Below, piece by piece: positions 1-11,685 of a stretch of 64,000 bases of DNA (within the stretch, counting starts at the first letter, position 1; each line of letters starts with the position of its first letter). Position numbers and translations under genes: made by a program. The notes beneath the pieces are model-generated. The model saw only the letters and a list, made by a program, of their open reading frames with translations, made no database searches and was not told the origin of the DNA. This DNA is from Raja brachyura (Eukaryota). The stretch lies in NCBI GenBank assembly GCA_963514005.1, contig OY740781.1, positions 99,386,001 to 99,450,000 of the forward strand, given 5' to 3'.

Positions 1-1457
1 GCGTCGTTCGGTCACGTCCTGCCTCTAAAGGGGGTGCGGTGACCGAGATGAGACTACACCAACCTGCAACCAGGCAGGCTCCCTCAGTGCTGAGTCTGTG
101 CCGGCCGCACATGTGGTCCTACAGACCCAGGCCTCAATCCTTCACCGGTCCACGATCTGGTGGCCTGCTCCGGTGGAAAGTCGACCCCGGCTCCTATGGC
201 GGGTTTACCGACTGCTGTGCGATTCTTCCCCTGGTCCTCCCTCTGGTGACCTGCATATTTGGGGAGAGAGAAGTGCCAAGAATATAACACGTTACGCAGC
301 TTTGCTCCACTGTCGCTATGGTTAAGTGACAGAGGTAGGGAGTCAGGGTCTTTCCTACCCTGCTCCTGCGTGGTGCTCCTACCACTTTACGGCACCATGG
401 TCAGTCGTGGTGGAGAATCGGGTCCTGGCTGCGCAGGGCTCCCCTGATTTCCGCGTTTTTATCCCGACCCGCAGAGCGGGTGCTGCCGACGTTGCGGGCA
501 GCTCCAGGAATAGTGGGCGTTGACTCACATCCGAAGTCCCATGGCCCTGTAAGGCATACTTCGATGCCTTCATTCTGGTCTCCCATCCATCTGTAAGCAA
601 AGTCTAGTCCAGAAGCTAAACAACTCAAAGTTAGTATCTGAGGGTCTTTATGAGCTTCCGGTGGGGGAGCGTACTTTCTTCCCCTAGCTCCAATGGTGAC
701 CAGATTCTCATGCGAGACATAGACGGCCGCTAATGGTAAGGCCCGCCTATATGCGAGCCCCCGGCTCTGCTACCTCTGAAGGGTAGCATGGCCATTCGGC
801 TGCGGTATACTTGCGGCCTGTGGCGTCGAGTCGGAGCTCCTGCTCGCCTCTGCTGCCCGCGAAAGGCAGTCTCCGGGCCCGGATCCTGTCCACAGGCTAG
901 CCCGGGTATGTAAACCTTGCGGGCTGCGGTGCAGATATGTGCTGTCGCTCTGCCATTGCTGCGCAAACGGTGAGTGTTGAGCCCGGACCCCACGGGGTCA
1001 ACGAGCTGCCCCATTGTAAAAATAAGTTGGGCTTTAAACAACATGAATAATTCCTGCAACTCCATTCCCTCTTAATTACAGCACTGGGATATTGCAGGCT
1101 GTGTAGAGTTGAGTTGGGGCTAACCCTTACTCTGAGTTAATGCCGACAGCCCGCAGTATCCTGTGGGCTGCGGTGTAAGTCGGGCTGCTGCTCTGCCGTT
1201 GCTATCCGCGAACGGCGAGCCTGCAAGCCCCCACTTCAATATAAATGCCGACAGCCCGCAGTATCCTTGCGGGCTGCGGTGTAAATTTGGGCTGTTGCTC
1301 TGCCGTTGCTCACTGCACACGGCGAGCCTGCAAGCCCCAACAGTGGAGGAGCAACGCTCCTCCCTGCCCGTCGCTCGCACGCGCGTTGACGATATGTCGC
1401 GCATGCGTGCCTGGCGGGGTCTTCACGAAGTCACTCACATGACTCCAAAATGAAATA
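1..1457 (-). mobile_element. 5' portion of a degraded DIRS1-like retrotransposon (left ITR, expanded leader, decayed gag N-terminus), running off the window start
   Basis: 1380-1457 is the reverse complement of the left ITR at 12269-12345. The minus-strand peptide ALQGHGTSDVSQRPLFLELPATSAAPALRVGIKTRKSGEPCAA (ORF 379..600) aligns by eye to the gag N-terminus of the full copy (SSRGRKTSVRSRRPPVPEPSSSAAPARQAGKKAGKPGSPVAA). Confidence 0.85.
1139..1339. repeat. 105-bp-period tandem repeat (2 copies, plus a degenerate third at about 915-972) inside the DIRS leader
   Basis: aatgccgacagcccgcagtatcc...ggcgagcctgcaagcccc starts at 1139 and again at 1244. Confidence 0.9.
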
Positions 1458-1531
1458 CATTTACGTTTGTGGTTGTAACATGACAAAATGGGGAAAAGTT
1501 CAAGGGGTATGAATACTTTTGCAAGCCACTG
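1458..1531. mobile_element. Terminal inverted repeat end of a Tc1/mariner DNA transposon, interrupted by the DIRS insertion
   Basis: Ends ...ggggtatgaatacttttgcaagccactg|TA. The reverse complement TA|CAGTGGCTTGCAAAAGTATTCA is a typical Tc1 terminus with a TA target site (1532-1533). Confidence 0.8.
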
Positions 1532-1609
1532 TATGTCAGTTCTCCCTGTATCAGTGTCCTCGGGGACCTTTCTTGGCCACAATATAAACACGTGGTATCA
1601 GTTAGTAGA

Positions 1610-1960
1610 AACAAAGAACTGTAGATGCTGCTTTATACCACAGATAGCCACAAATTGCTGGTGTGACTCAGTGGGTCAAAAAGCATCTCTGGAGAAAAAG
1701 GATAGGTGAAGGTTCGGGTCAGTACCCTTCTTCAGACTGAATGTCAGGGGGGAGGAGGAGGTGAAGAGCCTGAGGTGAGAAAAGACCAGGCCAAATCAGG
1801 GCCAGCCACAAATGACCTCTGGCAGGGCATTACCTGGTAGGTCCATTGTCTCGGGAAGATGTGATCTCAAGAGAAACAGTGCGGAGAACTGTGGAACTGG
1901 TAAAACCACCAGCGTGGGTCAAGGAGGGGGAGGGAGGGGGAGGGGAGTGTTAGATTTAGT
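1610..1960 (-). mobile_element. Penelope-like (PLE)-derived short repeat
   Basis: Family motif gcagatgctg...ctcagtgggtc...gcatctctggag...cccttcttcagactga, shared with about 10 other copies in the window. Confidence 0.65.
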
Positions 1961-2204
1961 TACTTGAAATCTGTGGAATCAGTTAAATGCATTAGGAAAA
2001 TGGGAAAGAAATGGAGGGACGTGGGGAGTCCAAATGACAGCAAAGTAGAGAGGTTATGCCAGACTCTTATAACTAACTGGTTAGGTCTCAATGTGGTATA
2101 ACATCTTTGGCTTGATGACTGAGGTGAGGATACTCTGTGAGAATAATCCCAGAGAAGACCAAGATTTTCTCCTCAAGCGGAAAGGGTTAAAGTCGATCTA
2201 TGTT

Positions 2205-2375
2205 TTCACACTTTACCCTTCCATATCTCTGTCTCCCTCTCAGTCTGAAGATGGGTCTCGACCCGAAACGTAATCAATTCCTTCTGTCCAGAGATGCTGC
2301 CTGTCCCACTGAGTTACTCCAGCATGTTGTGCCTATCTTCGATGTAAACTGACATCTGTAGTTCCTCCCGACACA
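2205..2375 (+). mobile_element. PLE-derived short repeat with an intact minimal hammerhead core (2245-2272)
   Basis: ctgaaga-t-gggtc-tc-gaccc-gaaac-gta followed by the family 3' end. Confidence 0.7.
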
Positions 2376-3249
2376 AGGGTTAAAGTAAGATTTCAGAGGA
2401 TTGCTTAAAATAGTGAAAGATCCTGAAAGAATGAATTGTCTGCTTCCCGCTGCACTTTGTTAAGTAACCAGAGGACACAGGCTTAAGCTGAGCATCCAGT
2501 TGAGAGGAAGATGCCGCTCTTCACACAGGGAGCCTGCCTACAATGGTCCATTGTACAGTTTGTTACACTGCAATACATTGTGAAAGAATAATGGAAGCAG
2601 ATACAATAGCAGCATTCAAAAGAAAATTGAATGGTTATTTGAAGAATAAAATCTCCAGGGTTCTGGGGGAGGGGGGGGGGAACTGGGAATTGGGTTAAAT
2701 TGGATAGCTCTATCATGCACGTACAATGAGCCAGTAACATCCCTCTGCACTGCTTCGTACTTCAATACTATTATAAAGCCAGGCCTTATTCCAGCATCTG
2801 CAGATGCACAATCGAGCCCAGTGATCACACTGCTGTAAGTGACATGAACGTGAAAGGGTACACATAATGGATATATTATTCTCTCCTCACTGTAATTCCT
2901 GGGGAACTTACCCAACTTTTATTGAGAAAAGTTGCTGAAGTTTCAGCTACATCTGCTCTTTCAGTAAACTATGTTTCCTGAGTATATTACCCCAGTTTGC
3001 AGTAAATGAGTTGCTGTGAGCCATGCATGGTGGTTTAACCCCAGCTCTTTGACTGGTGCGTATACAGTATGTCAATGAATTTCTATCCTTCACACTGACT
3101 TGTCTGCAGATTACCAAATTCCAATGCTTTCAGATATTATCAAGATATTGTGATTTATATTGTGTAAGGTTCTTGCTCTTGAAACTGGTTTACGCTCCAG
3201 AAGCAACATGGAAAATCCGACATGGATTCAGTGATTAAATATTTCAATG

Positions 3250-3530
3250 ATACTTTCTCGTGACATGTACCTCGGCACAGTGAAATGTTTTCTTTTGCAT
3301 GCAACCCGGTATAATCGTGCAGTAGACCCCACCTAGGCAGTACACAAGAGTCGCCACGTTTTGGCGCCAACAAAGTTACAAACATTTACCGAATAGCCCT
3401 ATCTACTGCCTGTCTCCACATGAGGATGTAGGCCTAACCCTCCCTCCCTCCCTCCCTCCCCCATTCAAACCCCCCACCCCCCCTCCATCCCCCTCTTTCC
3501 AGGTCCCCCTTCTCAGTAACAATCTCCGGT
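3250..3530 (-). mobile_element. Retroposon fragment with a Rex1/Babar-type 3' tail
   Basis: The reverse complement ends ...atttcactgtgccgaggtacatgtcacgagaaa. It resembles the plus-strand copy at about 24005-24175. Confidence 0.45.
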
Positions 3531-4629
3531 AACAATCTGCAATACCCGATTAAGAATTTCAGATTGAAAACAGAATATTAATTTTAAAAATAACTTCAAC
3601 TGAATTTACGCTGCTGGAACAGAAGTTAACAGATCTTTTTATTGAACATTTTAAGAACTTAATACATATTTTGCGAAGTATTAAAACAGTCATCAGCACT
3701 CATTGAAACTAGTTAATTGATACCTTTACATGTGAGATTTATTTCAATAATGCCTAAACAGAGATGGCAGTACACTCTTTAATCATGCCATTGTCCTGAA
3801 CAATGATTGCAGTAAATTTAGAAAGTGGCATTGTTCACAGGCAACCACATAGAGAGTCATCACCGGTCCAGGATTACGTCATCTACAATTTCGTCAACAC
3901 TGCTGTGCCCTTGTGACTCTGCAGGTAACTAGACTAATAGTTATCTAAGTAGGAATCATCCTTTCTCAGATTGTGAAACTATATTTACACTCCTATCTTG
4001 GGAATAATTATCTGCTACAATTACTCTTTTTTGTACCTTCTTTACTCCAATGTGCGTACAAAATGTGGTCATTACTTTATTTCCTCCATTAACTGTTCAC
4101 GTTAAAAATAAATTTAAAGGGGTTTGTCAGTTGTTATCCATGTACATATTTAGAAATTCCTACTGGGAAGTTAACAATCTGGTAGTTAATTCTATTCATT
4201 CCTGGATGGGATTAAAATCTTTGACTCCTATCAGCCAATATATTTTATTAACATATTTTAGAATGCTTTTTTATTATTTTCTATTATTCTTGACTTCCTA
4301 CCGCTGAGATCTTCCCTCAACTTTAACCAAATGGCCATTCATCATTGTTGCTTGGGCATCAGCAGATACAAATGGTTAACATATCCAAATATTATATTCC
4401 TGAGATGAAGAGCATATCCAAATAAGCCTGTTCATCAGCTCAACATTTATTGCATGGGAATCTGAAGAAAGGAACTAGGTATAATTCAGCTAGGTTCACC
4501 GTGATGTTATCATTGTAACCCCAAAACCCGATTTGGCCAGATGGGTCTGATAAAGACATGAGAAACGGTTTAAACTGGGAATGCAGAGGTTAGTACCAGT
4601 GAGCCTCAAAGAGAGAGCAGGCAGGGAGA

Positions 4630-5320
4630 GGTGAAGGAATATGTTGAATCTGATGGGCTGAAGTGTGTTTATTTAAGTGCAACGATTTTGTGGGGAATGC
4701 AGTTGAATGTGGAGCCTGGATCGATGCTTGGGACGATGATGTTGTGGCCATTGCGAAACTGTGGCTGCATGAGGGACACGACTGACAGCTCAATGTTCAA
4801 GAGTTGCAATGTTCATAAGATCATAAAGTCATAAGTGATAGGAGTTGAATTAGGCCATTCGGCTCATCAAGTCTACCCCCGCCATTCAATCATGGCTGAT
4901 CTATCTCTCCCTCCTAAGCCCATTCCCTATTTTAGACATTACAAAGCGGGAGAGAAAATAGGTGGAGGGGTTGGGCTACTAACATAGGAACATAGCAAAA
5001 TAGTTGCAGGAGTAGGCCATTCGGCCCTTCAAGCCAGAACTACCATTCCATCATGGCTGATCATCAAAAATCTGTACCCCGTTCCTGCCTTCTCCCCATA
5101 TCCCATTAGGCCATTTGGACCTTCGAGCCAGCACCGCCATTCAATATGACCATGGCTGATCATCTAATATCAGTACCCCATTCCTTCTTTTTCCCAATAT
5201 CCCTTGATTCCATTAGGCCTAAGAGCTATATCGAACTCTCTGTTGAAAACATCCAGTGAATTGGCCTCCACTGTCTTCTGTGGCAGAGAATTCCACAGAT
5301 TCAGTTCTCTCTGGGTGAAA
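4630..5320. mobile_element. CR1 endonuclease-region fragment (+) followed by three stacked CR1 3' ends (-)
   Basis: GLKCVYLSA...DDVVAIAETWL-like peptide. The motif taggccattcggccc...ccattcaat...catggctgat recurs at about 4850, 5013 and 5107. Confidence 0.7.
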
Positions 5321-5574
5321 TATGTAGATAGATGTAGGTATATGTAGATATAGATACTGAATGGATTCAGAACTGGCTTATTGATAGAAGACAGAGGGTT
5401 GTGGTGGGAGGACAAAATTCAGGCTGTAGATCTGTGACCAGTAGAGTTCCAACTGCAGTATACGACTGTGCCCTCAGCCAAAGGCACAGTCTATCTTACA
5501 CGCAACCTTGCGTGAATGAAGGCAGACAAAGGCGTTACAGGAGCAAGGCCAAGAATGAATGCTGTTAAGGAGTT

Positions 5575-5703
5575 TGTAGGAAGGAACTGCAGATGCTGGT
5601 TTAAATCGAAAATAGACACAAAATGCTGGAGTACTGGGACAGACAGCATCTCTGGATAGAAGGAATCAGTGACATTTTGGGTCATGACCCTTCTTCGGAC
5701 TGA
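5575..5703 (-). mobile_element. PLE-derived short repeat
   Basis: aggaactgcagatgctgg...cccttcttcggactga. Confidence 0.7.
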
Positions 5704-6819
5704 GGAGTGTTGGATTTTTGGTTATTGGCATGGCATGGCATGACATGGACACCTCAAAGGTTGGATCAAGGCACTGAGAAGGAGTCTAGATCAGATGCAT
5801 CTTGTCAAAGTCAGTGTCAGATGCTAGAGGATTGGATATACAATCAGACAATGGTCTGACAACGGAGTGGGGAAGAATAAGTAGGAAATTAGGAAGACTG
5901 CCTGGGGGAGCATACATGCACCACACACCAGTGTGTGCACCAAGGAAAGCTGATTTCTATGCTGAAGTCTTGCACCAGCCTGCTTCTGCATGAGCAGTCC
6001 ACAGCTTGAAATGCCTTGGCCAAATGAGATTAATGTCTGGAAGTGCCTTGATGCCTTGGTTCAGAAGTCTAACTTGCACATTGAGGACCAGAATCAATTT
6101 GGCATTCACTGAAATCCACGCAGTGAAAATGGAATTGCGTTTAGATATCATGTCCCTGCAACACACAGAAACATTACTCCATGCAAACAATTTCATGGAG
6201 ATCTTGAAAATTGAGTATGTTCGTTTTTTTCAGGCAAGAAATAAAAGGATGAGAGTTAATGGTTGGAAAAAACGATCATCAAGGAAATATTTGGTTGGAG
6301 TCTGCTTTCGTGCCAACTAGCTTAATTATGCTTGTCTGTCTTTTAATTAAGATTTCTTAATTAAATACCAAATACTGTATCATCACCTTTTTCGAGCAGT
6401 TTTGTGATTGTTGAAAGTACTTCACAATTTTGCACACTCACAGATGGAATTACAATCCAAAATTATTTTTAAGCAGTTCATTTTAATAGATTGTAGAAAG
6501 TTGGGCTTTAAATTACCAAGGTTCAACAGCCAAGAAGGATGGAAGCACTCAAGTGCAAAATACCGTGGCTGTTGGAAATCTGCACTGAAAGTAGAAAATG
6601 CTGCAGTGTCTGTGGAGAGAAGGATTAACATTTAGGACTGGTGACTTCCAGTCAGAAATGAAAAAGAAACTGCGTGAAATATCTAGATGCGTGGGGGAAA
6701 TAGTGGAGGAAGGAAGGAAGGAATAATTGGCCAGTTCTTTGACAGAGTTGCAGGAGAGAATCAATAGCAAATACAATAAATTATTTATAATCTATTATGC
6801 TGATGACAAATGAAGGAAT

Positions 6820-7580
6820 AGAGTTTATTATAGCAAAATTTATTGATGATACATAAAATAGGTGAGTTTTCAAATTGTGTGGTGGATACAAAGAAATATA
6901 GATAGGTACGTGAGCATGCAAGAAATTGGCTGATGGAATGTAATATGAGTAAATGCGAGGAAGAAGACTGAAAAAAACAAAATTATTATTTTTGTAGAAT
7001 GAGTTGACAAACTTGCAAGGCACAGATGCTGACGATTTCATGAAACACAAAAATCTAGAAAGTTGCTGCAGCAATTAATCAGGAAAGTTCATGAAACATT
7101 GGCCTTGGTTTCAAGTGAAATGGAGTGTAAGAGAATGGAGTCAGAAGTCTGAAGAAGGGTCTCGACCCAAAACGTCACCCATTCCTTCTTTCCAGAGATG
7201 CTGCTTGTCCTGCTGAGTTACTCCAGCTTTTTTGTCTATCTGTAATAGAATGGAAGTATGAATGGAACTTTAAAGGACACTGGTGACACCACACCTGGAC
7301 AACTGCATGCAATGGAAGTTCACCAGAATGCTGCCTGGATTCGTGGGAATTATCAATAAAGAAAGGTTAGACAAACTTGGATTATTTACTCAAAATGTCC
7401 AAGGTTGAAGGGAGACCTGACTGAAGTATGGAAAATTATGGGCATAGATAGGGTCGACAGTTAGGACCCTTTTCCCAGGGTGGAATTTACAGGGCATAGT
7501 TTTAAGGTGAGAGGGAGAAATTTTAAAAGAGATGTGCAGGGCAAGTTTTTTTTTACAGAGGCACCTGCCATTTGGGATGG
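6820..7580 (+). mobile_element. Old CR1 RT/3' fragment, interrupted by a PLE-derived repeat (about 7145-7243, +)
   Basis: Decayed gcaaaatttattgatgatacataaaataggtg (KFADDTK) and ctggtgacaccacacctgga motifs. The motif ctgaagaagggtctcgacccaaaacgtc lies at 7149. Confidence 0.6.
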
Positions 7581-8229
7581 TCATGGTTTAAAAAAAAACA
7601 TGTATCTCGGTCCATTGACGATCTAGGTGGACCATTCCGGTGCCGTTGGAGGCCTATCGAGGTCCATGACCTCCGTTGGTCGGGCAAAACAAGTAATTCA
7701 GAATGGCTCTAGAAATAAGGGTGCCGGTGTATCGGTGGTGAACCTGTATTTTGTTTTCTGATAAATAGGAAGGTACTGCACTTCCTGCCCTTGCATAAAA
7801 TTTTGCCAGAGGAAGAAGGACAAATAGATAAGGGTGGTTAAGCAATGAGTGGGGAGTCTCAGAAGGAAAATGTCCCTTCACATTAATTTGGATGTGGGAA
7901 TGTACAGTGATGGTGGATAGGGCCAAGGAAGGAGTGAGAGGAGGGTTGCAGTAAATGGAACACAAGAGGATTGCGTTCAAGGACCTTGTTAACTCCGGTT
8001 TAGAGCAGTTGAGTAAAAGAAAATATCCGAAGCACTGGAATGCAAGTTTTCATCATCAGGATAGACAGGACACAATAGAAAAGCTGAGAAAAGGAAATTT
8101 ATTTTTTTACATAGTGGAATTGCAAGGAAGGTGGCTGTGGAGTCAGTAGATTACAGTGGAAATAAGCAAGATGGTTTTATTGTATTTATCTACGCTAATT
8201 CTAACAATATAGGTTTATCAAAAAGCTGA

Positions 8230-8410
8230 GACATAGAACATAAAAGAGCACAAGATTGGAACAGCCCACTTCAGCCCATGATGTGCGTGCTGAACCTGAT
8301 GCCATATTGATCTAATCTCTGCTTGCATGTGATCCATACCCCTCCATTCCCTGTGTATCCTATTTAAAAGCTGCTTAAATGCCACTATTGGAACTGCCTC
8401 CACCACCAAC
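8230..8410 (-). mobile_element. CR1 3' end
   Basis: catagaacata...acagcccacttcagccc...ctgcctccaccacc. Confidence 0.65.
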
Positions 8411-8894
8411 TTCGAAAACCAATTTTTTTTTTCTTTCTGGTCTGTTTCACAGTTCAAATGGCATTAATGACTGAAACTCAAATTATTGGCTTAGTTTGTC
8501 ATATTCATTTTATTTACTTCATATAATTACTTGTCACAAGTTCTCTTTATTATTCATGCCGGACTGCACTTCCGCAAAAGATTTGGCACTTTACATTTTA
8601 ATGGAAGAGCATCTCTGCTTTTGAATTCATGTACTGCGCTGTAGTGGAAAGTGAATCTATTGAAGCCTGCTGGTTTCCAGTGTTGCTTTGCATTCCTATT
8701 TTTATCACTGTAACATTTGGTATTAATGGGGGCCGTTAATGTTCACTGGAACCTTGATGGTCCCTCTGGTCCAGAGCCAAGCTGCATCGAAATGACAACA
8801 GCCAGCACTATAGTATAGAAAGGCACTTCTTGGATCTGATTACCTCCCCTTGGATTGCATTAATGGGGACCAAAAGCACTTGAATAGTATTGTA

Positions 8895-9132
8895 TAAGAA
8901 GGAGCTGCAGAGGACTAAAGATGAAAATTAGCTACTGGCTGTAATCTTGCATATTTACATGTAAATGTTTATCAATATGCACTGTCCCTGTTTTTAAAAA
9001 AATGAAATAAAAAATAAAAAATAAATGCTGAAAAATCAAAGGTAGACAAAAATGCTGGAGAAACTCAGCGGGTGAGGCAGCATCTATGGAGCGAAGGAAA
9101 TAGACAACCTTTCGGGTCAAGACCTTTCTTCA
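8895..9132 (-). mobile_element. PLE-derived repeat with an internal insertion (about 8915-9025)
   Basis: gaaggagctgcaga / atgctgaaaaatcaaaggtagacaaaaatgctggag...gacctttcttca. Confidence 0.6.
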
Positions 9133-9727
9133 TTATTGTGATACTTTTTGATGGGACTAGTCTTAATAGATTTGAAATGAAATTGGTTTCAAAAGGAGCA
9201 ATAACAGTATTTACACAGCTACAAAAATGTTATATTATAACTTCAAATTTTGTCTGTTTTTTTTGTTCAGACGAATGTGTTTTTGCGTGTGTTTGCAAAC
9301 TAAACTAAATCTGAAGGATGGTGCTCAATAATATATGACACGAGTGCCACCTACTGGAATTAGGTACTGTTACATTATGCTTAAAAATAAAATCCCAGAT
9401 AGCAGTCCTCTTTATGGACTTAGCATCTTAAACCCTTTGCATTAAATGTGTTTCCTTACTCAGTTTTACCCAAGGTGAAATGGCAAAACCATCTTACAAT
9501 GTTGTGAGAAAGATTCAGATATGAATGACCTATATGATGATGATTTTACTCCCATAAATTAATCACTTTCTGCAGCAAATTTCTAGGCTAGTCGCTTGGA
9601 AACAAATCATGACATCACTTAACCAGAGCATAGATAGGGTGGACAGTCAGAACCTTTTCCCCTGAGTGGAAAGGTCCACCACTAGAGGGCATAGCAATCA
9701 GGCAAAAGGGGGAAAGTTTAATGGACA

Positions 9728-10998
9728 CTAGACCAAGTGGGACCCGTTGGGTCCCGTCCCCTCAACGCGCGGTTGCGAGGGAAGGCGTCACACACACACT
9801 AACCAACCTCTCACACACACACACTAACCACCCCCCCACACACACACTAACCACCCCCATTGATATTATATTAATATTATTAATTCACTCCTTTTAGCCC
9901 ATGCACCGCCCTATTCACTCACGCATAGCCCCCAACTCTCAGGCGCGGCTAGAGAGAGAGGGGGATAGAGAGAGAGAGTGACAAAGAGGCACAGAGAGGG
10001 ACACAGAGGCACAGAGAGGGATGCAGAGGCACAGAGAGGGGCACAGGCACACAGAGGCACACAGGGCAGACACAGCGGCACAGAGAGGGACACAGAGAGG
10101 AACACAGAGGCACAGAGAGGGAGACATAGGCACAGAGAGGGACACAGCGGCAGGGGAGCTTGCTGCCTTTTGGAGCTGGGGTTTCCGCGTGTCCGCTGCC
10201 TTTTGGAGCTGGTGTTTCCGATTTCTGGTGTCTTTTGAGCGGGTGGCCCTGATGCTCCGAGCGGGCAGCCCTGCTGCTCTGAGTGGGCAGATGGTCAAAA
10301 GCAGCGGAGGGCCGGCCAATCATGGCTTCTGTGAGGGGAAGCCCACCCACCATCATGACAGATGATTAGGCGGGAGAGACGGAGAGGAGGTCATTCCCCG
10401 TGATGGCCAGAGATTGCCAGGTGGGATCTGGATCACCAGCGAGGAAAAGGCGTTATGATTCCCCGAGTCCCTGCGATCGACGGAGGAATCGCAGGTCTCC
10501 ATAGATGGCCTCTCCCAGAGGGAGTAATGACTGCCACCCTCACCCGCTAGGCGATAACGACCGCAGCCGCCATGTTCTAGAACTTCAAGGAGCCCAGCGG
10601 AGCGTGCAGCACGACCTGAGCAGCAGTTTAAAAACGCTAAGTGACAAATTTAAAGAAGTGAAAGTTAAGAAGCCAAAAAGTACTGAAGACTGAACAGGGG
10701 TGACGTCACTCGCAGCGCGAGCAGATGCAGGCAGTCAGATCCATTGTGATGTCATCAGTGACACCATCTTGTTTATTTTCTAAGTTATTTGAGATTTGTG
10801 ACCATTTTCGTAAATAACTCGAGAAATAATGCATGACATTTTCAGTTAAGACGATTTTTGACATCATGGCATGAATCTCTATCGGAATATGTAGAACTTT
10901 CATCGTGAGCGCATCGTGTTTTTGAGGAGATGTGAAACGCACGTGAACATCACACAAATAAATGCACATCCAAGATCAGAGTTTTATAAGTATAGAGA
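9728..10998 (-). mobile_element. Non-autonomous Helitron (1271 bp)
   Basis: The minus strand starts TCTCTATACTTATAAAAC and ends GGGACCC-AAC-GGGTCCC hairpin + ACTTGGT + CTAG. It is inserted between A and T with no TSD. Confidence 0.9.
9950..10150. repeat. (GCACAGAGAGGG)-like minisatellite inside the Helitron
   Basis: Repeated acagagagggacacagaggc units. Confidence 0.9.
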
Positions 10999-11499
10999 TG
11001 TGTGGAGCAAGTTTATTTTTTTAACACAGAAAGAAATGGAGCCTCAAATGCATTGGCAGGGGTGGCGATGGAGGCAGGTACAATAGTGGTGTTTAAGAGG
11101 CTTTTAGGTAGACACATGAAAGTGCAGGGAACGGAGGGATATGAATCTTGTACAGGCAGATGGAGTCAGTTTAACTTTGGCATAAGCATTGTGGACCAAT
11201 GAGCCCGCTCCTGTGCTGTACTGTTCTATATTAACCACAAGAGGTCCAGCATCAAACATGGTTCAGGTAAAAGGATTCTTAAGTGTGAATTAGAGCACTG
11301 TGGTTTTAATTCCCACTTAGTCAACCAAGCATGACACTGAGGTTGGAGCACAAAAGGTGCCCTGCGCAGTTAGTGTTCCTGTGGGGGTTCTTTTACATAA
11401 AATGTCAAACTGAGCACCTAGTATTCTCACAGGTGGATGCAAAGGATTTAATGGCACCATTTTAGAAAAAGATTTGCCTGCAAAATCTTGGGTGACATT

Positions 11500-11685
11500 T
11501 ACATAGAAACATAGAAACATAGAAAATAGGTGCAGGAGTAGGCCATTCGGCCCTTCGAGCCTGCACCGCCATTCAATGTGATCATGGCTGATCATCCAAC
11601 TCAGTATCCCGTACCTGCCTTCTCTCCATACCCCCTGATCCCTTTAGCCACAAGTGCCACATCTAACGCCCTCTTAAATATAGCT
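11500..11685 (-). mobile_element. Young CR1 3' end with (catagaaa)n tail
   Basis: acatagaaacatagaaacatagaaaataggtgcaggagtaggccattcggccc. Confidence 0.85.

Larger units (their letters stand above)
9625..11230 (+). mobile_element. CR1 3' fragment split by a Helitron
   Basis: Removing 9728-10998 restores the CR1 motif aaagtttaatggaca|tgtgtggagcaagttt. Confidence 0.8.

Noticed and set aside
4302-4461. Minus-strand exon between tttcttcag and gtagga
   Set aside because: Stop codons in all three frames.
5957-6155. Minus-strand coding exon after a good acceptor (tgtgtgttgcag)
   Set aside because: Two frames stop at once and the third gives an unrecognisable peptide ending in a stop, so support is insufficient.
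9911-10365. Several overlapping 60-135 aa ORFs
   Set aside because: They arise from the minisatellite and GC-rich Helitron interior.
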